Counted from the whole stretch's first letter, positions 41,185 to 50,901 are shown. The stretch: DNA of 61,984 nucleotides, filler included, from 5 parts of 5 records of this genome joined end to end with filler, not necessarily neighbours in it, one strand, 5' to 3'. Numbers and translations: made by a program. The notes: generated from the letters alone by a model not told the origin.

Positions 41185-41279
41185 GAGCTAGAGCGTTCCG
41201 AGCTACAGTGCAGCGATTAATCGCCTAGTCTATTGGTCGTTTGATTAGTGGCGAGCGACGCTAGCCTGCACGAATTGTA

Positions 41280-41717
41280 CTAGCCCAGAAAGCTCTTGAG
41301 CATCCAAACTGTTTTTTCGTGCACTTGAATTCTCGCAATCATGAGATCTTCCGTTTCGGAATCTTCGTCCTCACCAGCTTGGTTACGGGCGGCACGCAAG
41401 TCCGCCAGCAGAGTTTCATTGACAGCGATCAAGTGCCGAACCATTTCGTCGGCGGAGGCATCTTCGGCAATTTCGTCGATCGAAGCGAGCTTTGCCAAAT
41501 TGGAAAGCCCACCTGGGGCAAAGCCTCCTTTGGCTCGAATTCGCTCGGCCACTTCGTCAACAGCGACGAACAATTCGTTGTACTGCTGCTCAAATGCATC
41601 GTGCAAGGAGAAGAACGACGGCCCACGGACGTTCCAGTGGCAGATATGTGTTTGGCCAATCAATGCATACTTGTCGGCGACTACTTTTCGCAATAAGTCG
41701 ATAAGTTTGCTGCTCAT
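41280..41717 (-). CDS. dps: Dps family DNA-protection / ferritin-like protein
   Basis: HWNVRGPSFFSLHDAFE, DEVAERIR and HEKTVWML motifs. Confidence 0.95.
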   Translation of the reverse strand: MSSKLIDLLRKVVADKYALIGQTHICHWNVRGPSFFSLHDAFEQQYNELFVAVDEVAERIRAKGGFAPGGLSNLAKLASIDEIAEDASADEMVRHLIAVNETLLADLRAARNQAGEDEDSETEDLMIARIQVHEKTVWMLKSFLG

Positions 41718-41837
41718 AGCAAAAGTCCTCTTTTCTCTTTGAATTCTGCCCGTGCGGGGCGTCGTTGGGTCAGGTATGTGACGAGATTACGTGACTGTCC
41801 ATTACAGGAACGCTCTCGAATCGGGATTCCAATTAAG

Positions 41838-43787
41838 TTAGATGAGTTCGGCGTCGGACATGATCTCAACCAGTGCGGGGCCTTCGTGGGCAAGTGCTTT
41901 TTTGAAGGCCTCAGCAAGTTGATCAGCGGATTCGACACGAATTCCAAGACCACCACAGATATTGGCGTACTCGGCGAAGCTTGGGTTGTGCAAGGAGGTT
42001 TGCCAGACTTCCCAACTACCGGCTCGCTGTTCTTTGGTGATTTTCCCAAGTTCATGATTGTGTAATAGAACGTGGGTGATATTCATGTTGTATTTTACCG
42101 CCGTTGTAAACTCGGCAAGGTACTGCCCAAATCCGCCGTCGCCCGATACCGAAACGACCTGCCGACCGCTGTAGGGCGTACCCTCTTCTTGCGTTGCAGC
42201 CCAAGCTCCCATGGCGGCCGGGAATGAGAAACCAATCGATCCCAGGTAACCGGACATCAACACCGCTTGCTGCCGACACTCGAAGTAGCGACCAAACGAG
42301 TAGGTATTGTTGCCGACATCAACCGCCATGATTGCATCGTGATCCACGGCTGAGCTAAGCTGATCGAAGATTGACGCAGAATTGACGCCTTGGCCGCGAT
42401 CATCGGCCCGACGGTGCGACTTCTCAGCGCGCCAAATCTGCCAGCGGTCAGAAATTTCATTCTTATGATCGACACTTTGGTTCTGCTGCAAGTCGTCGCA
42501 AAGCATACTAGCAACGATACCAACGTCACCGGTCACCATGCAATCCACTTTATGAAACTTCGCCAGGGCCATCGGATCCAAGTCAACTTGAATGATCGGC
42601 TTCTTGGGAGTTATCCCGGTGTGATTTGAGAACGAAGCCCCAAAGACCAGCAGCACGTCTGCCTCATTCATGAAGTGCGATGCAATCGGCGTACCGCTCC
42701 GTCCAAGCACTCCGCAGGCCAGCGGGTGATCGTCGGCGATTTGCCCCTTGGCTTTGAAAGTGGTTAACACGGGGCAACGCAATTGATCAGCGAGACGCGT
42801 TATCTCGCTCATGCAAAACCGTGCTCCGTGGCCGACAACGATTGCTGGCCGTTTTGAATCGGCCAATATCGCCCGAGCCTGCTCGTAAGACTCAGCGGGC
42901 GGCGGATTCTTGCGGGACGCCATCCGTCCATCCGGCGTCCCAGCGGCAACATCCGGCTTTTCGTAGCCAGCGATTTCGTCAGGGAAGACGAGATGCGAAA
43001 CGGACTGATTGACCAACGCTGACTTGCAGGCCAACGACATCAATTCCGCGTGATTCGAGTTGCCCAACACAGACTGGGAATACTCAGCAACTTGTCCGAA
43101 CGCCTTTTCCAATGGGACCTCTTGGAAATTGTGGCGGCCGAGAACTTGCGTCGAAACTTGACCGGTCAATGCGAGCAGTGGAGCGCGGTCGACATTGGCG
43201 TCCCACATTCCAGTAAGCAAGTTAGTTGCACCAGGCCCAGCAATCGCCAAACAGGATGCCGGACGGCCAGTCAGCTTGCCATATGCAGAACATGCAAAGG
43301 AGGCTGCACCTTCGTGTCGAATGCCAATGTACTTCAGCTCACCGGATTGTTCTTTGTTGCGAAGGGCCTCTGCGATGTGTAGGTTGGAATGCCCCACCAT
43401 GCCAAAACACCACTTTACACCCCAATTGACCATTGTCTCGACCATGACGTCCGACACAGTTCGCTGGGCAGGTTCTGGTTCGACGATTCTGACGTAGACG
43501 CCATCATCGCGAACGTCAGTATCGAACGTTTCGACCCCGTCGTCGAATTCTTCCCCGGGCGGTTTTCCCGTCAGTGGGCAATAGTCCCAACCGTGCCATG
43601 GGCAGCGCAACAGTCCGTTTTCAATAGAGCCTTCGCCCAACGGGCCACCTTGGTGGGGGCAGCGGTTGTCGAGTGCTGAGTATTGCCCGTCGTAGTGCGT
43701 TAGGCAGAGCGACGTTGTTCCGATGGTGACCGTTTTGACTCGACCTTCGGGAAGTTCGTCGGGCGTCAGTGCCTTGTGCCAAGTCAT
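41838..43787 (-). CDS. Rieske [2Fe-2S] domain fused to a pyruvate oxidase/AHAS-like ThDP enzyme
   Basis: CPHQGGPL...CPWHGW, then RHEGAASF, GPGATN and the GDGGFG...HNHELG ThDP motif. Confidence 0.9.
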   Translation of the reverse strand: MTWHKALTPDELPEGRVKTVTIGTTSLCLTHYDGQYSALDNRCPHQGGPLGEGSIENGLLRCPWHGWDYCPLTGKPPGEEFDDGVETFDTDVRDDGVYVRIVEPEPAQRTVSDVMVETMVNWGVKWCFGMVGHSNLHIAEALRNKEQSGELKYIGIRHEGAASFACSAYGKLTGRPASCLAIAGPGATNLLTGMWDANVDRAPLLALTGQVSTQVLGRHNFQEVPLEKAFGQVAEYSQSVLGNSNHAELMSLACKSALVNQSVSHLVFPDEIAGYEKPDVAAGTPDGRMASRKNPPPAESYEQARAILADSKRPAIVVGHGARFCMSEITRLADQLRCPVLTTFKAKGQIADDHPLACGVLGRSGTPIASHFMNEADVLLVFGASFSNHTGITPKKPIIQVDLDPMALAKFHKVDCMVTGDVGIVASMLCDDLQQNQSVDHKNEISDRWQIWRAEKSHRRADDRGQGVNSASIFDQLSSAVDHDAIMAVDVGNNTYSFGRYFECRQQAVLMSGYLGSIGFSFPAAMGAWAATQEEGTPYSGRQVVSVSGDGGFGQYLAEFTTAVKYNMNITHVLLHNHELGKITKEQRAGSWEVWQTSLHNPSFAEYANICGGLGIRVESADQLAEAFKKALAHEGPALVEIMSDAELI

Positions 43788-44170
43788 ATCGTGAGTCCTT
43801 ACAAAAAGTTGGAATCAACAGCGGACGATTGAAGAACCGATCGATACCATCGCATCTAACGGCATCGGCATCGATGGAAGTGGGGAACCCCAGGTGAGAA
43901 GAGGGCAATCTGTCACCCTGCTTTCGCGATTTACGCTCGACAGGATGCTGAGATCCGAGCGCCAATGCATCACGAATATTCGCTTGGCCATTTCGCTCGA
44001 GAGCTCCACAGCCAGGGGCTTAGCATTCGGGGTACGTTAAACGACCGAGCCACACACCCAACGCTGGTGCAATGATAAATCAAGGCCCAGTAGCGCTACG
44101 ATGTGTGGCTGGAAAACACAAGCGATCCTTGGGTGCCATTTGTGAGGCCCCGGAATCGATTTCAACCAAC

Positions 44171-44566
44171 TTAGGCTGGCGGGTTGTAATAATACGTGTT
44201 GTTGGTGATCTTCCCGTTCTTCCACGTGATGATCTGGACCTGCGACAACTTGGTGGTTTTGCCGTCGTTGGTGTCGTACTTGAAATCGTACTCAGCCAAT
44301 GTGACGCCATTTCCATTGCCATCGTCAGAAGCAACACCGATCGAGCCGATGTTACCGCCGTGGTACGCCGTCACGCTCTTAAGGAATTCGGTTTCGTAGT
44401 CAACAACAGCTTGCTTGCTGTCGAACGTACGACCGTCGCCTTCGAGCTGCGTGTACTCATTGTCGTCGAAGTACTCATTCATGACTTCAACGAACTCACC
44501 CTTTTCAACAACGCGTGAAACGAATTCTTTGGTTTGGTCTAGTAGTTTGCTCTCTGGTGCACTCAT
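44171..44566 (-). CDS. SnoaL/NTF2-like protein
   Basis: Start MSAPES at 44566; EYFDD...QLE and QIITWKNGKI...YYY pattern; strongly biased codon usage. Confidence 0.72.
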   Translation of the reverse strand: MSAPESKLLDQTKEFVSRVVEKGEFVEVMNEYFDDNEYTQLEGDGRTFDSKQAVVDYETEFLKSVTAYHGGNIGSIGVASDDGNGNGVTLAEYDFKYDTNDGKTTKLSQVQIITWKNGKITNNTYYYNPPA

Positions 44567-45257
44567 TTGACTGTCTCTGAAAAAGTGGTTAACAAAACTT
44601 TGCAAAAGATCCAACGCCGCAGCACACTGCATTGAGGCTGGAACAATTGGGGATAACCCCGCCTTACTGATCAGTTGGCTCTGAAAGAACGGACGAAGTT
44701 GTATTCGCAAGTCTTACGTTCGGAAGTCCACGAACACGAAAATTTGGTAGGTTTGCCGCAAAAACCGCGGGAAGCCGCAGCGAGAAGCTCAAAAACATCG
44801 ACCTTTGGGTGGCACGGAAACGTTAACAGTGCGGTCCAGCGTTAGGTCAATTCCATGACGCTGAGTCGGTGCTGCGACTGAAGGCGGTTGCCTCCCTCGT
44901 ATATCTGAGTTGCTCACCAACTGATCTTGGGAATTGCAGACCACCAGTGACGATGTCCATCGCGCTAACGCCTCATCTAGTGTGTCGGCGAATGCTGGCG
45001 CAGCGTGTTCCTATTCCGCTGGGCATGCGTCTTCGTTCAATTCTCCACGAGTTCTCTGCTTCGGGCTCGACTTCCCCAAGGCCGACGTTCGTGAGCAAAA
45101 TAAAGCGTAAAACTTGATGCCAATTGGCGCATTGATCGCAACTGACCGGCATCTACTGGGGTAGAACGATGAATTCTGCAAGCGACGCAACCTGCCTTCG
45201 CCTCACGACCAACCTGCCACGCAATCTTCCACAATTTCTCCCCAGGCTGATTTAACC

Positions 45258-48200
45258 ATGCCCGCTCAGCACACCCAATTGTTGCCCTTGATCATGTTCG
45301 CAGCGGTTCTCGTTTCCGCATCGCCGACGTCTGGCCAGGAGGTGACGGAGACTCAGTACTCGAACCTGGCGCCCGTCAAGGGTCCTATCGTCGATGCAAA
45401 ATCGACATTGGCTGTCGGCAAGCTCAAATTGCCGGCCGATGGCAATTGGGAAGTCAAAAGCAGCTCCCACGAAACGTCCGAACTTTACTTGACGCCACAA
45501 ACGACGCTGGCCGTGAAGCGGATTGGTCGCCGAATGCTCCGCGCGGAAAAAGACAAGCAGACTCAGCAGGGGCAGTGGATTCTGAACACCGTCTATTGGG
45601 AAGCCCGAAAATATGCTCGGGACCATCAGGGCAGGGGCCCGGCCAAAATCGATGATCTGAAGAATTCCAACGAGTATCTCATCAAGAACTGGGGGCGGTC
45701 GCCCTACAGTTCACGCCAATTGGCCGCTTATCGCGATGGACAACTCGACGGCCCGTTTAGGTTCTTGATTCCGAACGTAGAGTTTGATTTCGTGACCGAG
45801 GAGGGCAACCGCCGAGCAGATTTTCAAGTCTTGGAGGCCAACCGCAAACCACTGGCCATTGAACTGAGACCGTACGTTGAGGACGGAAAGCACTGGGTCA
45901 TCTATACCGACGGTCAACGCGAACGCCGTGAGCCTGATCCAGCACTCCTTGAGAAGTATGACTTGGCAATTCGCCCAGTCCTCACCAAGGATATGATTGC
46001 CGCGGAGAACGCTCCAGTAATCGAGCATCATGTTGTCATGGTTTGCAGCGAGTTGCCCGACGAGCCGATCAAAATCACCTTGCACAACCCGATTCTCCGT
46101 GAAGAGCGCAAGGTGTCGTGGAACCTCCGAAACGCACAAGTGCTCCCCACTGGCGATGATGATCTTCAGAAAAGCCTGCTGAATAGTAGGAAGTATGCTT
46201 GGCGTCCGATGATCGAGACCGGCGGCGGTGCAATCCTAGAGACATGGTTGAGCGCCAAACCAGAGGCTCGAAACAATCAACCACGCAGAACGACGTCCGC
46301 ATTTTCGGTACTCGGCGGCCGAGCGGCCATTGAAGAGACTCTGCAAATGCAGAACCTCATTGCAGCTACCGCCCAGGGAGAGGCGAAGGTTGCAATCGCA
46401 GACATTGCGGGCGTTGAAGTCAAGTCGCACCCCTTTGAAAAGATGTTGCGTGGCAACCCAGGTGGCAGGCTGCCGCTGGCCAACTTTACGCCTCACGATC
46501 GTTTCTTTCTGTACGTCGGACAGCCAAGTGCAATCGTACCGCTGATGGATTCAGGAGCTGGATTCATTGCCGATGCAGGTGCGATCGCTACCGGCAACCG
46601 TCTCGAGTACCAACTGGCAAAACGCTATCTCGGACGACTGGGACTGGACCAAAATCTAGTCAGAACTCTCCTGCAATCCGAGGTGATGGAAGAATTCACC
46701 GTCTCGGCACCAGATCTTTTGTTGATCGACGGAACTGACATTACGATCGTCGCCCGTGTCAGGCAGGCAGGCTTGCTAAGCACACTAATTGGCCTAAGTG
46801 AAGGAGCGGTGCACAAACGCGGAACAGCCAACGGCGATGCGTACTGGTCACTGCAAGGAGACGTGCTAATTGCCAGCACCGCTGAGTCTGAACTTAAGAG
46901 CGTGCTCGACTTGATCGAGAACGACGGCGAAGGCTCGTTGGGGCAGAGTGCCGAGTTTCGATATATGCTGACGAAGTTGCCTGTGGAGAGGGATACGCAG
47001 TTCTACGCATATTTTTCGGATCCCTTTATCCGCCGCCTTGTTGGTCCCGAAGTCAAACTGAAGCAGCGGCGCCGCTTGATCGCAAAAGCGCAGCTTGAAC
47101 GCACCACTGCACTAGGACTACTGAGCAAGCTACAAGATGGCGATGCGACGTCGATTGACTACCTTGCGAAAGCGGACCTGATTCCGAAGACCTGGGCGGA
47201 TGATCTGAGCATCGACTCTGACGGACGCGTGGCGAGTGAACAATGGGGTACTCTGGAGCGGATGCGAACGCTGCAACAAGTCGAATTGACGCACGTCACC
47301 GAGAGCGAACACCAGGCCTACCAGAACTACGTGAATAACTACTCGCGTTTCTGGCGGCAGTTCTTTGACCCGATTGCTATTCGCTTGTCCAAATCTGAAG
47401 ATCAAGAGTACGAGCTTACCACTTTCATACTGCCGCTGATCGACAGTTCCATTTATGAAGGGCTTCGCTCGTTTGTCGCCCATGCCGATGGTGGAAAGAC
47501 ACTGCGAGTGCCTACCATTGAGCCGCGGCCCGTGATGAACCTTTCCCTAAACTTGCGTGAAGACGCGTGGACCAATATAGCAGCCGAATTCTCGACTTTC
47601 TTCTCGACGTACTCAGGTGTAAGCCCCGCAATACTAGACGACCTGGGCAATGGAGTGCACCTGGCGATCCACGATGCCGATCCTGTGCTCGTCGTCGGCA
47701 GCGGCGATGTCTTAGGGGCTTTCGGCAGCGACCTTACAACTGCTAATGAGATGATGGCGCTCCCGGTCATCATGTCTGTCCTGACACGCCCTTGCACCAT
47801 CTTGATTGAGACTCAGAATCCCGAGCAGACGGCTCGCTATCTGAGATTATCAGCCTCCGGCGGTGGTGGGACACGAGATTCACGGTGGTTTCAATCGGCC
47901 TTCTACCAGATCGAAGATCGTGATCAATGGGCATGGACCGTTGACATGTTGGGTATGGCAAAGCTCCGCTTCGGTGTTGAGGTCAAAGGCGACTTTCTGG
48001 TCATTCGAAACATTCCATGGAATAAGGATGAAGAGATCGTTTCGGCAGAAAAGGCACAGCTCAATGGCGCGGAACTTGTAGTTCACCCAGGCGCATGCGA
48101 TCTGCAGCTTCCCAGCCTATACGCTGCAGCAGCCGACACGAATCGCCAAAGCGTGCTTAGCAGCCTAGCCAGGCTGTACCCTATCCTCCTTGCTCATCCT

Positions 48201-48482
48201 GAATTGTCCGTAGAGCAAGCCATCGAAAAGCACCGTCAGTTGTTTGGTTTCGCACCGAAGAAACACGCTACTGACGCTTGGCACTGGGATGGGCAGGTTG
48301 TCCGAAGTCGCGATTTTGGCATCGCAAATCAGCCTAAGCAACCTGCCTACAATCCGGAGAAGCCATTCGGGCTGTTGCAACGCATTGATTCCGCGAAACT
48401 CAACATGCAGTTTGAAGACGATGGGCTTCGCAGCCAAATCATGTGGACAGTTCGTCCGAAGCAAGACACAACTAGCAATTAA
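45258..48482 (+). CDS. Large exported hypothetical protein (1074 aa)
   Basis: Long uninterrupted ORF with a Sec-type signal peptide; no catalytic motif recognised. Confidence 0.85.
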   Translation: MPAQHTQLLPLIMFAAVLVSASPTSGQEVTETQYSNLAPVKGPIVDAKSTLAVGKLKLPADGNWEVKSSSHETSELYLTPQTTLAVKRIGRRMLRAEKDKQTQQGQWILNTVYWEARKYARDHQGRGPAKIDDLKNSNEYLIKNWGRSPYSSRQLAAYRDGQLDGPFRFLIPNVEFDFVTEEGNRRADFQVLEANRKPLAIELRPYVEDGKHWVIYTDGQRERREPDPALLEKYDLAIRPVLTKDMIAAENAPVIEHHVVMVCSELPDEPIKITLHNPILREERKVSWNLRNAQVLPTGDDDLQKSLLNSRKYAWRPMIETGGGAILETWLSAKPEARNNQPRRTTSAFSVLGGRAAIEETLQMQNLIAATAQGEAKVAIADIAGVEVKSHPFEKMLRGNPGGRLPLANFTPHDRFFLYVGQPSAIVPLMDSGAGFIADAGAIATGNRLEYQLAKRYLGRLGLDQNLVRTLLQSEVMEEFTVSAPDLLLIDGTDITIVARVRQAGLLSTLIGLSEGAVHKRGTANGDAYWSLQGDVLIASTAESELKSVLDLIENDGEGSLGQSAEFRYMLTKLPVERDTQFYAYFSDPFIRRLVGPEVKLKQRRRLIAKAQLERTTALGLLSKLQDGDATSIDYLAKADLIPKTWADDLSIDSDGRVASEQWGTLERMRTLQQVELTHVTESEHQAYQNYVNNYSRFWRQFFDPIAIRLSKSEDQEYELTTFILPLIDSSIYEGLRSFVAHADGGKTLRVPTIEPRPVMNLSLNLREDAWTNIAAEFSTFFSTYSGVSPAILDDLGNGVHLAIHDADPVLVVGSGDVLGAFGSDLTTANEMMALPVIMSVLTRPCTILIETQNPEQTARYLRLSASGGGGTRDSRWFQSAFYQIEDRDQWAWTVDMLGMAKLRFGVEVKGDFLVIRNIPWNKDEEIVSAEKAQLNGAELVVHPGACDLQLPSLYAAAADTNRQSVLSSLARLYPILLAHPELSVEQAIEKHRQLFGFAPKKHATDAWHWDGQVVRSRDFGIANQPKQPAYNPEKPFGLLQRIDSAKLNMQFEDDGLRSQIMWTVRPKQDTTSN

Positions 48483-48512
48483 ATGCTAGCGGGTTGCGTT
48501 ACGCCAGCAGCG

Positions 48513-50357
48513 TCATTTGCGATGCACATAAACGTAATAAGCTCCGGCAATCTCATCACCGTTGGAATCTAGGAACGTTGCCTTCATTTCGATCGGGCCG
48601 TTGGATAGTGGCACGGTCGTTATGAAGGATTCTTGATCCGCTTCAGGCTCTAGCGTCAAACTATGCTGCACGCCAGGACTTTCTAGTTCGACTCGAGCAG
48701 CCTTGATCGGGAACGCCTTCCCTGCGGGAAAAGTGCCATCGGTGACTTTTGCGATCGGTAGGCTGGCGTCCAATTTGAGGCCTGACTCGCGCGGCCAACG
48801 CCGCAACTCCAACTCGTAATCACCGGCCCGATCAACGGAAAGATGCCACACTCCATTATTCTTCGTTCCATAGCGAACTTGAATCTGCTGATCGACAAAG
48901 ACATCCAGCCATTCGCAGGCGGTCAGCATCATGGGGTTCTCCGAGTCGTTACCAATGACCACCCTTTCCGGAACGTTGACTGTATCTTCGACGGAATCCC
49001 ACCACTGTTGTAAGTGATTGCGCAATTTCGCAACTACAGCAGGATGGTCAGCAGCGATATCGTGCTCTTGGTGCGGGTCCTCAGCGACATTGTATAGTTC
49101 GCGATTCTCCAGGAATCTCCAGTGCTTCCAAAGAACGCCAGCACCGTCACGGCTAGGAATTGCAGGATTGCCGTCAGTGTACTTTACTTTGAACATGGGC
49201 ATGCGACTGTAGTTGATAACCAACATGCGGTCGTCAAAGGCTTGCGTCTCGCCAGCGAAAAGTGGCACTAGGCTATTGCCATCCAACTGCTGAGGCACGT
49301 TGGCGATGCCTGCCATGTCAGTAAGAGTCGGCATGAGATCTTGCACTTGAGTAAGTTGACTGATGGCTCTTGGCTGGCTTACTGCCTCAGGTCCGGCAGG
49401 CCAGCGGATGAAACACGGCACACGATGACCGCCCTCCCAAAGCTGAGTTTTCTTGCCTCGCATTCCAGCGTTGAAGTAGTCATGCCCCATCGTGCTACCG
49501 TTGTCGGTTAGAAAAACTACGATAGTGTTCTCAAACAACCCCGAGTCCCGGAGAAACTCATCCAACTTGCCTACGTTTTCGTCGATGTTGGCTCCCATGG
49601 CAAGAAAGCTGACCAGATCGTCAACCTTCTGTTGCTTCAGGTGGCGGACCACGTCTGGATTTGCGTCAATTGCATCTCGAATGCCAGCCCGATACTTGTC
49701 AGGTACAAACCATGGCCAGTGAGCCGCATTGAGTGCGATGTAGGTAAAGAACGGTCGCTGATCATCCTGCTGCATCCAACGGTTTGCTTCGCGAAAGAAG
49801 ACATCCGTGCAGTAACCTCCTTCATACTTCTGCCGACGGTCGTTGTGGATGTAAGTATCGTCAAAATAGTCGTTATCCCAGAAGTCCGGGACGCTGTTTA
49901 TGTGCGACGACGGAAACCAAAGTGTTTCCTCGAACCCGCGATCAGAGGGACGGTAAGGGTAGTTGTCGCCCAAGTGCCACTTACCGAACAAACCCGTGCG
50001 ATAGCCAGCTTGCTGAAACACGTCCGCAAGCGTCTTCATGTCCGCCTTGAGCAGCGTTCTTCCGCTACTCACATTGCTGGCCCGATTGCGAAATGCATCA
50101 ACACCCGTCATCAGTTGCCCACGCGTAGGAGTACACATTGGTGCAACGTGAAAATCGGTCAAACGGATTGCCTGTGCCGCGAGCGCATCAATGTTGGGCG
50201 TGTTGGTGATGGGATTGCCATTACAGGAGAACTCGCCGTACCCCTGGTCGTCGGTCATGACCACCACAATATTCGGCCTGTCCGCGGCTCGGGCTTGGCC
50301 GAATAAGAACACGAAAAAGCACCCGATTGAAAGAAGTCTACTGAGTCGATTCACCAT
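48513..50357 (-). CDS. Arylsulfatase (formylglycine-dependent), exported
   Basis: RPNIVVVMTDDQGYG, CTPTR (CxPxR), GKWHLG and WEGGHRVP motifs; signal peptide. Confidence 0.95.
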   Translation of the reverse strand: MVNRLSRLLSIGCFFVFLFGQARAADRPNIVVVMTDDQGYGEFSCNGNPITNTPNIDALAAQAIRLTDFHVAPMCTPTRGQLMTGVDAFRNRASNVSSGRTLLKADMKTLADVFQQAGYRTGLFGKWHLGDNYPYRPSDRGFEETLWFPSSHINSVPDFWDNDYFDDTYIHNDRRQKYEGGYCTDVFFREANRWMQQDDQRPFFTYIALNAAHWPWFVPDKYRAGIRDAIDANPDVVRHLKQQKVDDLVSFLAMGANIDENVGKLDEFLRDSGLFENTIVVFLTDNGSTMGHDYFNAGMRGKKTQLWEGGHRVPCFIRWPAGPEAVSQPRAISQLTQVQDLMPTLTDMAGIANVPQQLDGNSLVPLFAGETQAFDDRMLVINYSRMPMFKVKYTDGNPAIPSRDGAGVLWKHWRFLENRELYNVAEDPHQEHDIAADHPAVVAKLRNHLQQWWDSVEDTVNVPERVVIGNDSENPMMLTACEWLDVFVDQQIQVRYGTKNNGVWHLSVDRAGDYELELRRWPRESGLKLDASLPIAKVTDGTFPAGKAFPIKAARVELESPGVQHSLTLEPEADQESFITTVPLSNGPIEMKATFLDSNGDEIAGAYYVYVHRK

Positions 50358-50464
50358 TGTCCCCTGCGCTTATCTTCGTTGATCCATCGGCAAGCGGAAC
50401 ATTCTAACGCGTGAGCGATCAACGCGGTTGCATCGCAAGGAGTGTTGTCGTGCCACCAACGCGC

Positions 50465-50500
50465 AAAAAACGGCCCTGGAAAATCGGATTCCCAGGGCCG
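50465..50500 (-). terminator. Rho-independent terminator for the minus-strand HMA gene
   Basis: CGGCCCTGG...CCAGGGCCG stem with A6 on its left, which is a U tract on the minus strand. Confidence 0.8.
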
Positions 50501-50547
50501 CTGATGTTTTGAACGACGGTTAGTCGTTTGAAATATGCTACGTCTAA

Positions 50548-50901
50548 CTACTCAAACGAGTAGTCCGCTAGGTGAGAATTGGTCTCCGCATATTTGGCAA
50601 TCTCTGCCTTGTAGTCAACGCTTGGATCAGTCACCTTGAAAGTACACCGCAGATTAGCTGGGTCTGCATTAATCTCTTTGAGACCAGCAATCTTGGACAA
50701 ATCGCCTCGGACCGAGACGACACAGGACGCTCAGTGCATGTTCGGAACTTTGAGGCTCACAAAGGTGCCTTCGACTTCGCTATCAGGATTGTCTGGGGAA
50801 GCCGAGGAAGTGGGCATGCTGGCAGGTTCACCGCACCCAACAAATCCGCAGCTCATCAGCGCGACCGCTCCGGCGGCCACAAAGCGTGTGCTTCGTTTCA
50901 T
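50548..50901 (-). CDS. HMA-like lipoprotein with in-frame UGA (MH-U-AS-C), probable selenoprotein, 117 aa
   Basis: GGAG RBS, lipobox FVGC, then TFVSLKVPNMH-TGA-ASCVVSVRGDLSKIAGLKEINADPANLRCTFKV...DYSFE-TAG. The UGA sits at the first Cys of the HMA MxCxxC motif. Confidence 0.8.
50701..50721 (-). promoter_or_regulatory. Candidate bacterial SECIS hairpin
   Basis: Minus strand GUCGUCUC-GGUCC-GAGGCGAU, starting 9 nt after the UGA, with a G-initiated apical loop. Confidence 0.68.

Noticed and set aside
43788-44009. ORF 43815..44009 ends in C-TGA and is in frame with the Rieske-ThDP gene (second readthrough candidate)
   Set aside because: The upstream peptide resembles no domain, no SECIS-like hairpin follows the UGA, and the ATG at 43787 has its own strong GTAAGGA RBS. 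Being in frame is a one-in-three chance.
45037-45234. 65-aa minus ORF with CxxC ending in TGA
   Set aside because: No RBS or domain resemblance; readthrough adds only a short implausible tail.
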